64,000 nt of DNA, taken from IMG/VR virus record IMGVR_UViG_3300031998_000009, positions 32,001 to 96,000 of that record; one strand, 5' to 3'. The position numbers were made by a program, and so were the translations under genes. Source of the DNA: a virus. Lineage: Duplodnaviria; Caudoviricetes. Below the pieces are notes generated by a model. That model made no database searches. It was not told where the DNA came from and worked only from the letters and a program-made list of their open reading frames with translations. Positions 10,119 to 21,346 of this stretch are shown piece after piece; the first letter of the stretch is position 1, and every line of letters begins with the position of its first letter.

Positions 10119-10691
10119 TTAAAAATGTTTTTCTTTTACTAAAGGAACATATACAATATTGTTAGAATTATTTGGTTTTGTATTATCTTTTTTATGAATA
10201 TATAACGGTTTCTTTACTATATCTTCTACAAGTAGTTCAAAAAATACTACATCATGATATTTTCCATTAAAGTAATCAGACCGTTTCATATATCCTGTTT
10301 GATGTCCACCGTAGGATTCTATCATATTCTTATAAGTAGGGTATATAGGATTATCTACAAATGCCCAAAATTCTAGTTTCTGAGCACCCATTTTAAACAT
10401 ATACTTTACTCGTTTAATAGCATCGTATATGAGTGGAATTCCATCATCCGTAAAAGAAATAAGACCAAAGTTTCTCATATTCTTACTAGTATCATTATAG
10501 TTGTAACTGAAAAAACCGTCTATAGATCCACTATTGTCTAGATGAACAAAATCTTGGCGCCAATCTGTATTGTCCGGGACAGTGAACTCATGACGGTCAC
10601 CGCTAAAATAATATTGATATTTTGGATCATACCATACAGAAACAAGTTTTCTTTTTAGTTCTTCTTTATATAACTGTGCGGGATAAAGCAT
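10119..10691 (-). CDS. RimJ/RimL-like GNAT-fold protein
   Basis: KLEFWAFVDNP...YGGHQTG...FNGKYHDVVFFELL pattern. Confidence 0.7.
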   Translation of the reverse strand: MLYPAQLYKEELKRKLVSVWYDPKYQYYFSGDRHEFTVPDNTDWRQDFVHLDNSGSIDGFFSYNYNDTSKNMRNFGLISFTDDGIPLIYDAIKRVKYMFKMGAQKLEFWAFVDNPIYPTYKNMIESYGGHQTGYMKRSDYFNGKYHDVVFFELLVEDIVKKPLYIHKKDNTKPNNSNNIVYVPLVKEKHF

Positions 10692-10705
10692 TTGGAATTC
10701 CTCCT

Positions 10706-10880
10706 TTAAGTGAACATTGCTCGTTTATTCCACATTTCAGATGCTTGCAAGATAAGTGAGTTTAGTTCCTCTGCATAATTAGGTCCGAAAACATGAATTT
10801 TGACCTAGATATTTTATTTCTCTGTGTGAAATCCTGGCACGTCCACCACAAAACGGACATCTTCTTAACTCAATGCACAT
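10706..10880 (-). pseudogene. Frameshifted/internally deleted Lar-family zinc-ribbon gene
   Basis: MCIELRRCPFCGGRA... stops early; the typical ...EMWNKR end is in another frame. Confidence 0.7.
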
Positions 10881-11820
10881 CTGGACATACCTCTCTATTA
10901 AAACAACCGATAGAAGGATTGGACACGAGTGAACCTGTTAAAAGACAAGTACATCCATCTTGATCCCATTCGGACCTAACACAACCAAAACATCCAGGTT
11001 TTTCTTTTTTCCTTGTTTCTTTTTTATCTCTTTTTATCTCTTCACACAATTTGTTATGTGACATATTTAAATTATCAAGTTGACGTTCCATATCTGAAAG
11101 TATTTTAAACACTCCATCTAAAGAATTATCTGGAATAGATTCCTCACATAATTTTATAAAATCTGGTTTAGCTTTTTCTTTTATTTCTTCCGATAATTCG
11201 TATATTTGATGAGTATAAATATTTCTTCCCATTAATTCTTTTATGTACTCATAGAAATAAATAAGATCTTCACCTTTTAGCATACAGGTACCTGTGTACG
11301 CCATTATAATAGCGCATTCTCTTTTTGTCATAGTTGTTCCTCCTTATTCAATAACCGTTTTCAAATTCAAGAAGCCATTCTTTTACAGCAATTTGGGCTT
11401 TAGCAAAACACATTTCCATGTCACCATCTTGTACATCGCAAATAATCACATTTCCATCTATATTTTTAGCTTTTGGATAATCGTCAGAACATCCTTTTTT
11501 GAAAACATATATTTGCCAATCACAAATCTTATTGTATGTGATCTCTAAATGGAACGGGAATGTTTCTTTGAGTTTATTCATAAATAGAAGAAATTCATTC
11601 ATTGTTTACCACCTCATTCATTATGGATCCACAGTTTGGACAATATTTATAGTCATAGGTAGAATCTTTGCAGCATACAGAGCACATCCATCCATTAGAA
11701 CAATCTTCCCAATGACCTTTTCTTGTTTCCGTATATGGTGATATTCCAGTAGATACCGGATCCTCATGTAATATTTTATCGTATGCTTCAGATCCTTCAT
11801 CCTCCAGATTTCTAAATTGT

Positions 11821-12051
11821 TTATCCATTATATTTCTCCAATTCCTGATTAACATAGTAATTCCATCTGGAAACGGCTTCCTTGTAAGCACGTTCCCATG
11901 TAGATTTACCACTTTCAGCTTTTAGATGTTGTTTATGAAACAGCGGTTTGCACTGTATAGTGCACCAAGCTCCATAAGACATAGACTCGTATGCATAGTC
12001 TCTTTTTATTTTAGGAGGTCTCCCACAAATAGGACAATTCAACAATTCCAT
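11821..12051 (-). CDS. Lar (restriction alleviation)-like zinc-ribbon protein
   Basis: LLNCPICG...IQC...AVSRWN. Confidence 0.6.
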   Translation of the reverse strand: MELLNCPICGRPPKIKRDYAYESMSYGAWCTIQCKPLFHKQHLKAESGKSTWERAYKEAVSRWNYYVNQELEKYNG

Positions 12052-12343
12052 AAATAATTACCTCCCATTTCTAGACTCCTTATTATTTAAATGTTCTTCG
12101 ATACATTTTTTACAATCACAAGGACAGCCCCTATCTTCCCAACCCATCATATACTGTAAACAAGGTTTTTCAGATATTCCGTCTTCGTAGTATTGTAGCA
12201 TTTTCACAAGCGTTTCCTTGATTCCGTCTTGTTTACCTTGATTATAGGCTTCTTCCGTTATCTTACGGATATACTCATCTGGATTTGGCAATGCCATTTC
12301 TATTCCTCCTACTAATTATTTTTCTCCTAATATCAATATGAAA

Positions 12344-12946
12344 TTAGGAGAATGTTCCATTTTCGGTTTGCACTTCTTCTAGTTTTATTACCATTTTTTC
12401 GTAAATATCTTTTCCTATGTTTTCTTTTGTTAGACCCTCTAAAATTTCACTTACCCAGGAAGGGGAACGCTTTATACGTTGACGTTCAAACATCATACTG
12501 TCATTTATATAGTGAAGAGCTGGTTGAATAGTAGGAAAGAAATGAATGCCTCTAGAGCATATTGTAGTCGGGTCTGTATCTATGTTTCTTACATATAGTG
12601 ATGTTCCAACTTTATATAAAAGAATATCATCATATGATATCATATCGTCCCGAACATAGGATCTTACTCCGAATAAAGACAGTGCCTTAATATCATTATC
12701 TTCCATAGCTAGTTTATAATGTACGATATCCCCTATCACAATCTTTTCTTCTAGTTTAAAAATAGCTGTTACTTTTACACGGTCTGTTCGAAGTTTACAC
12801 GTTTCAACTCCGAAGGGGTAAACAACTATTGCAGATACAGGAATCTCTAACTCCACAAGACAAGGTTTCCATTTATTGCTAACATCGTCAAAATAACAGG
12901 CTATCTTATAACCCTTCCGATCCGATTTATAATAGTTATGTTCCAT
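12344..12946 (-). CDS. DUF5758-like phage protein
   Basis: GYK...LVELEIP...KLRTDRVKV...CSRGIHFF. Confidence 0.6.
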   Translation of the reverse strand: MEHNYYKSDRKGYKIACYFDDVSNKWKPCLVELEIPVSAIVVYPFGVETCKLRTDRVKVTAIFKLEEKIVIGDIVHYKLAMEDNDIKALSLFGVRSYVRDDMISYDDILLYKVGTSLYVRNIDTDPTTICSRGIHFFPTIQPALHYINDSMMFERQRIKRSPSWVSEILEGLTKENIGKDIYEKMVIKLEEVQTENGTFS

Positions 12947-13653
12947 TATAACACCTCACCAAAAATAAAGATTAGTTACCTCATAGGTTTTAATTCCGTA
13001 TCTTCTTTCTATATAAGATGCAAATTCATCTGAACTAATTGCATTAAATAAATATTCGTCCTCGATCATATCTGGGTTATTAACTGTTTGTTCACAATAG
13101 GCAGCACTATGTATGTCCTCAATATTATCCATTATGTCTCTAACAGTTTCCTCCTTGTTAAGAAAAGGTGCTAGGTCCAATGTGTCTAGATAATCGTATT
13201 CTTGCTTTTGAAGAACTTTCCATTCAGCTTCCGTCATTTATTATACTCCTCACATTCGTCAAATGGTCTAGGAACCAATAGTCCGGTTCGTTTACAAGTA
13301 CACCCATCAACATCCCAAGAAGCATTCTGACAATTACGGCAATTTTGTGTTTCGTCCCTTTCATTTTAGCACCACATTTCGGACAGAAGTTAAACCATGA
13401 AGTTTGATTTTCATCAATAATACATTCGCTTCCGGGTTCAATCTTTTCACAATTTGTACAACGGTAATACTTCATTCCACCAATAGTTTCATCGTATTCC
13501 CAGTGTCCATGTTCCTGTTCTTGTTTAACTTCAGGTTGCATTCTAATATGTATTAGAGCAAGAGTAAGCCCTCTCTGTATGAATAGATCACCCAAAGAGT
13601 TTGGGTTTAGATTTTTAACTTCTTCAAATAGTATTTTACATAATTCGTTTCTT

Positions 13654-13974
13654 TCAATTAGTGCCATTGTAATCGTCCCTTTCATATACTCTATCAGTCT
13701 CCATCTTCGCACCACAATCTGGACAATATTCAGTAGCAACCCCAATATATATAACAGCAAAATCAGGATCGCATTCGGAGCAATGCAAACAGTACGGCGT
13801 TCCGTCAGGCTTTCTTTCTAAAATCCACCGCCCGTGTTTCACAGGTTCGGCTTCGATTGTAGGCTGTTTGGCAATCAGATCACCAACTGTTCCGATAAAT
13901 CCTTCTTCTGGTCCTTCCTCTGTGTAGTAACTTCCGTACTGTTCTGAAAAAACATCTGCATCAATCGGTCTCAT
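13654..13974 (-). CDS. IDAD...HGxW...CPxCGAxM zinc-ribbon family protein
   Basis: MRPIDAD...PTIEAEPVKHGRW...CSEC...YCPDCGAKM. Confidence 0.8.
   Translation of the reverse strand: MRPIDADVFSEQYGSYYTEEGPEEGFIGTVGDLIAKQPTIEAEPVKHGRWILERKPDGTPYCLHCSECDPDFAVIYIGVATEYCPDCGAKMETDRVYERDDYNGTN
13822..13864. repeat. 43-bp exact direct repeat, copy 1 (copy 2 at 44296..44338)
   Basis: aatccaccgcccgtgtttcacaggttcggcttcgattgtaggc identical at both sites. Confidence 0.95.
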
Positions 13975-14489
13975 CCTATTTACCTCCTATTCATCTTCAC
14001 ACCACAATTAGGACAAAAATTCTTATTTGATCCTGGAGGATAATTTAAATAATGGATAATGTAATTGGATCCATGCCTTCATTATCAAAAATTTCAATGA
14101 TATATTCGTATGTATTCTCAAAAGGTGCCAATTTAATTTTATCTAAAATATAACCGGGTACAGTCTCGTAAAGTAAAAATTTACAAATTTTACCACAATC
14201 TAAATTTACAGAATATTTAATTGGATCCTTTTCTAGTACATTTTCCATCACAGCACCACAATGAGGACAGTAAGACCAGTATCCTTCTATAGCATAATGT
14301 CTCATGTCTACATCATTTCTGCAATTAGTGCAAATCCAATGTTTAGTTGGTACTTTATGTCCAGGTGCCGGTTCCCATTTAGCATAAATAGGAACAACTA
14401 CCTTCACATTAGGTTTTCCTTCAAAACTCGTGGAATCAACAGTATGTAAGAACTTCATGTCTTATACCACCTTACATTTTTATATTTAT

Positions 14490-14555
14490 AGTATAACACA
14501 TTATAAAGAAAAAGTCAAGGGTTTTGAAAAATAAAAATATTTTTACAAAACCCTT
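14490..14555 (-). promoter_or_regulatory. Promoter P4 with stem-loop abutting -35
   Basis: TTGACT-17-TATACT; IR aagggttttg...caaaaccctt. Confidence 0.85.
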
Positions 14556-15558
14556 TATTCTATTTATTCTTTACTTGAATTATCACTATTAAACGCCTTA
14601 AATTTTTTATATAGCTCAATCAAAAAGTAACTTTTCTCACCCATTTTGCTAATAGAGTCTTGCATCAGACTGTATATGCTGTATAGCTCTTCATAATGTG
14701 GATGTTTCTTATCCAGATTATCTATAACTTCTTTACTTCTTTCCATTAGATAGGATGCAAATTTGATCATTTCTAATGCCTCGGATGTAGTAGAAACAAG
14801 TTTATTTCTTTCGTGACTTTCCAAAATAAATTCTTCGTAATCCATTGTTTTACTCCTTACATATTTTAAGAAATCGTGTTCTTTCTGTTTTTGAATTTTC
14901 GTTGCTGTTATATCGTCTTTAACAGAAGTTGGTATATGTAAACAATGATAGATTTTATCTTGTAGTTCTTTTATATACTCATCGATATTAGTTTCTTCTG
15001 TTTCGGAAGCTATTTCCGGTTCACACTTTTTTACTCTTCGCTTCGGGTCAAAAGGACATTCGTCACTAAAATCACATAAGGGTCCATAACTTGTTAGACA
15101 TTCCTGTGGACACACTCCATAGGGTGACCAAGGACAGGATAGTTCGTAATTATTCAAAATATCACCACCTTAAAATATTTAATTCGAGGTCTAATTTCTT
15201 TATAGATTCCTTGATCTTATTATCTAGTATAGCTCCTTCTTATCCTCTTCGTTTCTAAACATCTGTGCCCCACAATGAGGACAATATCTAGATAAAATAG
15301 ATTCTCCAAACTCATTTACAGGTGCTTCCCATTGACAATTAGTACAAATATACACACATATTTCGTCGTTACCAGAAAGCTCTGGATCGTATCCTTCCAT
15401 TTCTGAACGATTTTTAGGACACCAGGCACCATATTTTACAGGAACAGCATCTACCTTAGGTGCTGATTTAAGAACATCATAAGCAACCATAGCATCTACG
15501 GCATACATTGGTGCTACTTCCATTTCTCTTAATGTAGCTTCTCTATCAATAAGTTCCA

Positions 15559-15930
15559 TCACGAGTCCTCCTCCTTCATAATAGATTGACAGTGAGGACA
15601 ATACTTATATTCGCATTGTTTACCCCACGTTTCCGACATAACAGTTCGAAGACAATTAGAACATTGCCATCTATCAGTATAGTCACTTCCATTATTTCCA
15701 AAAGGAATCCAACGACCTTGTCTATAACTTCTATTCCACTTATCCAAACAATAAGTCAGGGCATCGTTCTTGTTTGAATGTAATTGATGAATGCTAGCTC
15801 CACATTTGCGACATTGAATAGTACACAGATAACCTACTGTGTTTGTTGTTTCTTCACTAACGTCTTTATATGTTATATTAAATGCTGTTTGATCTTTATT
15901 TTGACAAAATGGACAAACTTCTATATTCAT
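15559..15930 (-). CDS. Fusion of Lar-like domain and GxW...CPxC zinc-ribbon domain
   Basis: CPFC...C..CGA...WNR followed by GRW...CSNC...YCPHC. Confidence 0.7.
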   Translation of the reverse strand: MNIEVCPFCQNKDQTAFNITYKDVSEETTNTVGYLCTIQCRKCGASIHQLHSNKNDALTYCLDKWNRSYRQGRWIPFGNNGSDYTDRWQCSNCLRTVMSETWGKQCEYKYCPHCQSIMKEEDS

Positions 15931-17510
15931 AATATCATCACTCTTTTCCTAAAAATGTGTTCACAGAATTATAAAAATCAATTAGACTATTATCTGGAAA
16001 ACATGAAACTAGATCATATATATGATTTTCTGTATCCGAAACATAAAGTCTAGGTTTTATGTCATAGCAAAGTTGTGTAAATACTTTGATATCTGTTTGC
16101 ATAGGAATTTCAGGTTTCCATCTTTCTTTGTTTACATCCGGAAGTTCCACCACAAAATTGACTTTGGAACCTTTTGGAGTAAACATTATATTGACACAAT
16201 AACCTTCGATACCTACATATTTGATATGTTTAATCTCAACATCCTGTAAACGGAACATATCACAGATAAAAACTTTAAGTGCTTCGAAGTCTTCCTTTTC
16301 CGGACATTTTCTTTTTCTACTATATTTGCTTAATGTATCCAGCCACATTCTAGCACCTACGGTTCTTTTTAAAATAGACTGGATAATAGATTCTTGTTCA
16401 ATAAGTCTACGGAGCTCTGCAAGTAACCCGCTATACATTGTAACAAGTTGTACCTTTAATCCTCGATACTGATTTTCAACAAGTTCAATCTGTTCTTTAA
16501 GTTGTGTATAATAAAGGTCTTCCAGTTTTATATAAATATTTTTAGGTGTGATTGTTTCCATATTCTTCTCCTTAATCTGTGACAATGAATCGACTACGGT
16601 ATGCTTCCATTCTTTCATTTACAGATTTGAGTTTTGCTTCTAGCTCTTCCTGTTCTTTCTTAAGTGAGGTATAATGAATGGCACTATTCACATAATCTTG
16701 AATAGGAGTTCCGTAAATATAATCAAGATAAGTATCTTTACATTCTATATCATAAGCCTTTTTATTTGTGCATCCGGTACAGGTGGTTTTGTTTACAGAA
16801 CAACTTTTGCATGGATCTTTAGCACGAAGATCTATGTATTTTTGAAGACGTTCGAATTCTTCGTGTGTAATTCTTATCTCCATAATTATTTCTTCCTCTC
16901 AAATCCAGTAAACGGTATATGAAATGTTTCATAGAAGGATATAGGTCTTACAATAGATGTTTCCTTGTAACATCGTTGAACTGCTTTTTCTAAAGCATCC
17001 AAGAATGCTTTATTTAGTTCTTCTTTATTCAAAGGTTCAGTAGAAACTCCGTTCACTAATATATCATCTACATGGGTCTCTATATTACTCTTCATCAACA
17101 TCTTCCTTTTTACGTTCGTCAAGGATGAATGGTTTTTCTTTGGAGGCATTTTCGTAAAATGTACGGAGGTCGAACCATTTGTCTTTTAGAATGTGTCCAA
17201 TTTTTGTTATGGACAGTCCAGGTCCTGGAATCTCTACTCTGACATATTGACCTACAAGACTCTCCCATTTTGACACACCTACTGTATCCATAATTTTCAT
17301 CATTGCAACAATAGCACTTCCATTGCCTTCCCAATAATCAGAATCAAGGTAACCATGACCGTTAGCATATCCACCCAATCTCGTAAACCATCCAGAACCT
17401 TGTAAATATACGTTTACAACAAGACATCCATGATCTGCCATAGAAATAGAAACATCTGTTATTTTAGCATTTTTGATTTCCATTTTTATATCCTCCATCA
17501 TTAAACAGAA

Positions 17511-17717
17511 TTGTACTAGAATTTATTAAACTCCAAATCAAAATGTATAAGATTTTAATAAAATTCTAATATACATACACAACTTTCTTCATAACCTCGA
17601 AAAGTTATAAAACTGAGATTGTTTCTGTATATTCATCTGTGGATAGATTTTAAGTTAAAAACTTTACTTTCTAAGCATCCACCTCAGCTCGTACAAAGCT
17701 GGTTTTATTATTTTATA
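17511..17717 (-). ncRNA. Putative TnpB omega-RNA region (scaffold to right end at 17531, guide about 17530-17511)
   Basis: About 190-nt non-coding tract right after tnpB with short hairpins, ending TTTGGAG like the right end of the second element. Confidence 0.5.
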
Positions 17718-19211
17718 TTAAATGCCCATACAGGATAAGAATTTATAATTGTTTGATTCTTTGTATTTTGTTAATTCGTTTATCTTATCATCATGCAAAT
17801 ATAAGAAATTATTAAAATTTTGTTCACATAATTGTTGGTCAAAAGACTCTAGGTCTTTTGTTACATTACTTATTAAGAACGCAGAATATAAATCTCTTTG
17901 TAACTTATGTCCCCCAACAAATGTCCATCTTTCCGACAATGTTTTTGGTGTATATATCTTTGTAATATGATTATACTGACTTGCTTTACATTTTTGTGTA
18001 TTTATCTTATTTAATTGTAGTCCAAAATAATTAAGTTTTCTATTCAGAATTTCCAGTAACATAGCTGGTGCCCTGTTACATATTGATTTTCCAAATCGTT
18101 TCTTTTTCTTACATTTTCCGTCTTTTCTTCTTTCTGTAGGTCTTTTACTTCTTTTTGCTAAACCTGCAAAATTCATTTCCTCGACAAAGAATTGATCACC
18201 TAAAGATAATATAAAATTAGTTAATATATTATGTGATAAATTTCTGGCAACTCTTTGTTTTCTGTTTAATTCTTTTAATTGTTTTTCTAGTTTAAGGTAA
18301 TTTTTTGATTTTATCCATTTATCTCTATTTCCTTTTTTGATTGTTCCGTCTATGTTGAATTTATTTGGATTTGTTGATCTACGACTAATATCTAACTTTC
18401 TCTGAACTATTTTCTTTTCCTGCTCATATTTTTGTGCATTGGATGCAAGTTCTAATAATTCAACACGACTATCAGATACTATTGCTATTGTTGATGTTCC
18501 AATATCAATTCCAACTCTTCCAAACCCAACTGAATATCTGGATTTAACATCTTCCCCTTGAAAAACCATCTGAACATAATACCTTCTTTTACATCTGATG
18601 TATTTTCTGACTATTTTACAATATTTCAAATTGTTTAAGCAAGGAAATAAATGATTATTTAAATAATTTAATGGTTTTCCATTTGTTGGATACTTTATTT
18701 TTAGATTCAATCCTGTCCAATCAATATATTCATTTTTAAAACATATTCCAGTACGGGCTTGTTTTCCACTTAAACTATTAAACTGATTAAATTTCTTAAA
18801 ATGAACTTTTCTATTTTGTTTATGAAAGATAGAACTTATAGATTTCCAAACTCTATCTGCTATTTCCTGACATATCTGTGAATGAAGATGCTTTTTAAAA
18901 TGATGTTGCATCGGTTTTACGTCTTTAACAATATCAAAATGGGTTAATTTATATTCCTTTAATAACTCATTTATTTCTTCCCAAATTAAATCTTTATCAC
19001 AAATTGGATCATGCAATGTTTGAATTAAATTTCTATATCTTTTTGTTTTTAGCATTTCCTTATATCTAATAAGCGTTTTTCCTAGAAGTTTATTAAATAT
19101 ATTTCGTCCACATTCTAATCGTTTATCTATAATATCTTCTTGCCATATTTCAGTAATTAAAGGCAACTCTATCATGAAATAATTATTCTTGACCCTTTTC
19201 ATATGAATCAC
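17718..19211 (-). CDS. tnpB: TnpB RNA-guided nuclease (IS607-associated, long type)
   Basis: RuvC motifs GIDIG, FVEEMNF, QRDLYSA all present; RYYVQMVF wedge strand. Confidence 0.88.
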   Translation of the reverse strand: MIHMKRVKNNYFMIELPLITEIWQEDIIDKRLECGRNIFNKLLGKTLIRYKEMLKTKRYRNLIQTLHDPICDKDLIWEEINELLKEYKLTHFDIVKDVKPMQHHFKKHLHSQICQEIADRVWKSISSIFHKQNRKVHFKKFNQFNSLSGKQARTGICFKNEYIDWTGLNLKIKYPTNGKPLNYLNNHLFPCLNNLKYCKIVRKYIRCKRRYYVQMVFQGEDVKSRYSVGFGRVGIDIGTSTIAIVSDSRVELLELASNAQKYEQEKKIVQRKLDISRRSTNPNKFNIDGTIKKGNRDKWIKSKNYLKLEKQLKELNRKQRVARNLSHNILTNFILSLGDQFFVEEMNFAGLAKRSKRPTERRKDGKCKKKKRFGKSICNRAPAMLLEILNRKLNYFGLQLNKINTQKCKASQYNHITKIYTPKTLSERWTFVGGHKLQRDLYSAFLISNVTKDLESFDQQLCEQNFNNFLYLHDDKINELTKYKESNNYKFLSCMGI

Positions 19212-19506
19212 TCTTTTCAGTTATTAACTCTTTAACTTTGTTCATATGTCTTTTTGAATATAGCTTCATAGAATAGCAATGTAACAAACTTACGATTTCT
19301 TCAAAAATTTCCTCACTGTCCAATTTTTGTGATCCAATTTCACTAACGACAATTATTTCAGTATTAAATCGAAGAAATAAATGTTTAAATAATTCAAATC
19401 CAACTCTTGAAAGTCGATCTTTATATGTAATAATTACCTTTTCTATTTTACCTGCAATAATGTCATCCAGCATTTTGAAGAAATCATTTCTGTTTTCAAA
19501 TGATAT
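19183..19506 (-). pseudogene. tnpA: 5'-truncated IS607 serine recombinase
   Basis: ISFENRNDFFKMLDD...ITYKDRLSRVGF...SMKLYSKR; HTH and catalytic YxRxS missing. Confidence 0.85.
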
Positions 19507-19912
19507 AACTTCTTTTTGTGTTTCCTTCTTTATAGTAACGCCAGGTTCCTTTACTAGGATTAAACAGGTAGATATAGTCTACATCCTGATATGATGAGTT
19601 TTCCATAAATTCTTTCTTGTTTTTGTATTTTCTATAGCCTTCCTCTACCGGATCATCTCCTCTATCTCGGATATAGAAAACAGAAACACCTTTTTGTCTG
19701 TGATCAAAATCATGTCTACCTGATGTAGGTTCCAGTTTTTCATAAATACAACTTGCATTTCCCATATAAATTAACGAGTATATTCTGTCTACGCTTTTAT
19801 AGTGCTCGGATAGCAGTTTTCCCATACGTTCTGGATAACCGTCACAATGTACTCGAATGCTACTTACTTCTTTTGTCTTACTATCAATAATGGCAATAAG
19901 AGCGGCTGTCAT
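19496..19912 (-). CDS. HxDGYP-family phage protein
   Basis: SIRVHCDGYP...GKLL...YIYLF; its stop codon lies in tnpA-derived DNA. Confidence 0.8.
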   Translation of the reverse strand: MTAALIAIIDSKTKEVSSIRVHCDGYPERMGKLLSEHYKSVDRIYSLIYMGNASCIYEKLEPTSGRHDFDHRQKGVSVFYIRDRGDDPVEEGYRKYKNKKEFMENSSYQDVDYIYLFNPSKGTWRYYKEGNTKRSYII

Positions 19913-19943
19913 GGACGTTACCTCCTATTTAATCACTAAATAT

Positions 19944-19972
19944 AGTATAACACAAACAAGTTAAAAAGTCAA
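19944..19972 (-). promoter_or_regulatory. Promoter P5 (drives HxDGYP gene, tnpA remnant, tnpB)
   Basis: TTGACT-17-TATACT with TG extension. Confidence 0.85.
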
Positions 19973-19989
19973 GTAACTTTAAAAAATAT

Positions 19990-20583
19990 TTAATTTCTAA
20001 CAATTCCATTATTGTGAGCTCCACAATTAGCACAATATTTATGTTTCTTTATAAGCTCGGGTATTGTTATTACCTCGTATCCACATCTTCTACACCTATA
20101 TAGAGTACCTTCTTTTTGTTCACCTTGTCTCCACCAATAATCAATTTCAGGTTTAAATTTAGGGGTACCTTTTGAGCACATACTGTTCAATTCACTTATG
20201 ATTTTCTTTAAACAGTCTACAAGACAATTCTCACACTCTGAAAGATATGCTGGAAGATAACGATCTATGTATTCGGTAGGTACAACATCCAAAGCAGTGC
20301 TTGCTTTGAATCCATAATTGACTTTATCATCTATTGTGGAGACATATATTTGAATATCTAGACAAGGATCAAATGAGATCGTATGGAAAGGAATAATCCT
20401 TATCTCATATTTAATAGGTATATTATTTATGGACTGTGGTACAATTTTAGTACATAGTTCTCGAGCTCCATTTACTAATGATTCGAGATTCTCCTTTGCA
20501 ATATGAACAGCAGATACAATAGTATCTAAATCACCCTGTACCGTATCTACTTCAAATCTGTCTGGATTGTGTGAAATAATCAT
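19990..20583 (-). CDS. Hypothetical protein with C-terminal zinc ribbon
   Basis: YRCRRCG...YCANCGA. Confidence 0.75.
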   Translation of the reverse strand: MIISHNPDRFEVDTVQGDLDTIVSAVHIAKENLESLVNGARELCTKIVPQSINNIPIKYEIRIIPFHTISFDPCLDIQIYVSTIDDKVNYGFKASTALDVVPTEYIDRYLPAYLSECENCLVDCLKKIISELNSMCSKGTPKFKPEIDYWWRQGEQKEGTLYRCRRCGYEVITIPELIKKHKYCANCGAHNNGIVRN

Positions 20584-21335
20584 TTCTTTACTCCTTTTAT
20601 GGTTTTCTTCAATAAAGCAGGTTTAACGAAACTCCACTCGTATACATCAACGATTTTATCTAAAATTAGATAATTTCCTTTACAGGAGCAACTACATTCC
20701 AATCTGTTACATCCACAAATAGAACATATCTTTCTTTTTACCCAGCAAGATATAGAGGCTTTATTAAGAATACCGTATTTGATATCATTTACCAATGATT
20801 CGTTTTCTTTATTACGAACTAAATATGCCCATGCAGTGATGTGATAGTATTGGTCATTGTATTTTGTTTTTCTTGTTTTGTCTAAATGAAGTTCTGTTTT
20901 AAATATTCTTGCTGGAACTGTGTTGTTTTTATAATCGGAGAGTAAACCTGTAGAACCTACAAACTTTTTTGTCATGTCTACCATGGCATAATAAGAAAAG
21001 CACTCATTATCATCATCCAGATCATTGTTTATGAGTTCAAAGTTAAACAGGAACACAGTATCTGGATTATATTTTTGTTTTGTAAACTCTTCAAATTCTT
21101 TTATTGGTAACCCGTCATCGGCTATTTCTTTAGCTACATTAGAAAACTTTCGACCACATTCTAAACAATATTTACTATATCTAGGTACAACAGATCCACA
21201 ATTAGAACAGTTTACAGAATTGTTAGTTTCACTTTCAAATTCTAATAGTGAGGCTTCCTGTGTAGAGGAAAGGTCTAGTTTTCTTATCTCGTCCGAAAAG
21301 TTATCCAATATTTTTTGAATACTATAATATAACAT
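20580..21335 (-). CDS. Zinc ribbon fused to a domain resembling Firmicute siphophage prohead-protease-like proteins
   Basis: ARIFKTE...AWAYLVR...LVNDIKYGILNKASISC...CSICG...YEWSFV. Confidence 0.5.
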   Translation of the reverse strand: MLYYSIQKILDNFSDEIRKLDLSSTQEASLLEFESETNNSVNCSNCGSVVPRYSKYCLECGRKFSNVAKEIADDGLPIKEFEEFTKQKYNPDTVFLFNFELINNDLDDDNECFSYYAMVDMTKKFVGSTGLLSDYKNNTVPARIFKTELHLDKTRKTKYNDQYYHITAWAYLVRNKENESLVNDIKYGILNKASISCWVKRKICSICGCNRLECSCSCKGNYLILDKIVDVYEWSFVKPALLKKTIKGVKK

Positions 21336-21346
21336 AGTGTAACTCC

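Larger units (their letters stand above)
10870..17501 (-). other. Array of about 20 short hypothetical genes, many with Cys zinc ribbons
   Basis: Tightly packed or overlapping minus-strand ORFs with RBSs (e.g. 10870..11331, 11348..11602, 12058..12297, 12956..13237, 14564..15157, 15938..16618, 16572..16883, 17085..17501). Confidence 0.8.
17531..19506 (-). mobile_element. Non-autonomous IS607-family remnant (left end and 5' tnpA deleted)
   Basis: 3' half of a serine-recombinase tnpA overlapping a full tnpB. Confidence 0.8.

Noticed and set aside
17511-19506. IStron (group I intron-IS607 chimera)
   Set aside because: No space or recognisable group I core at either element; the element 2 left end is only about 130 nt.
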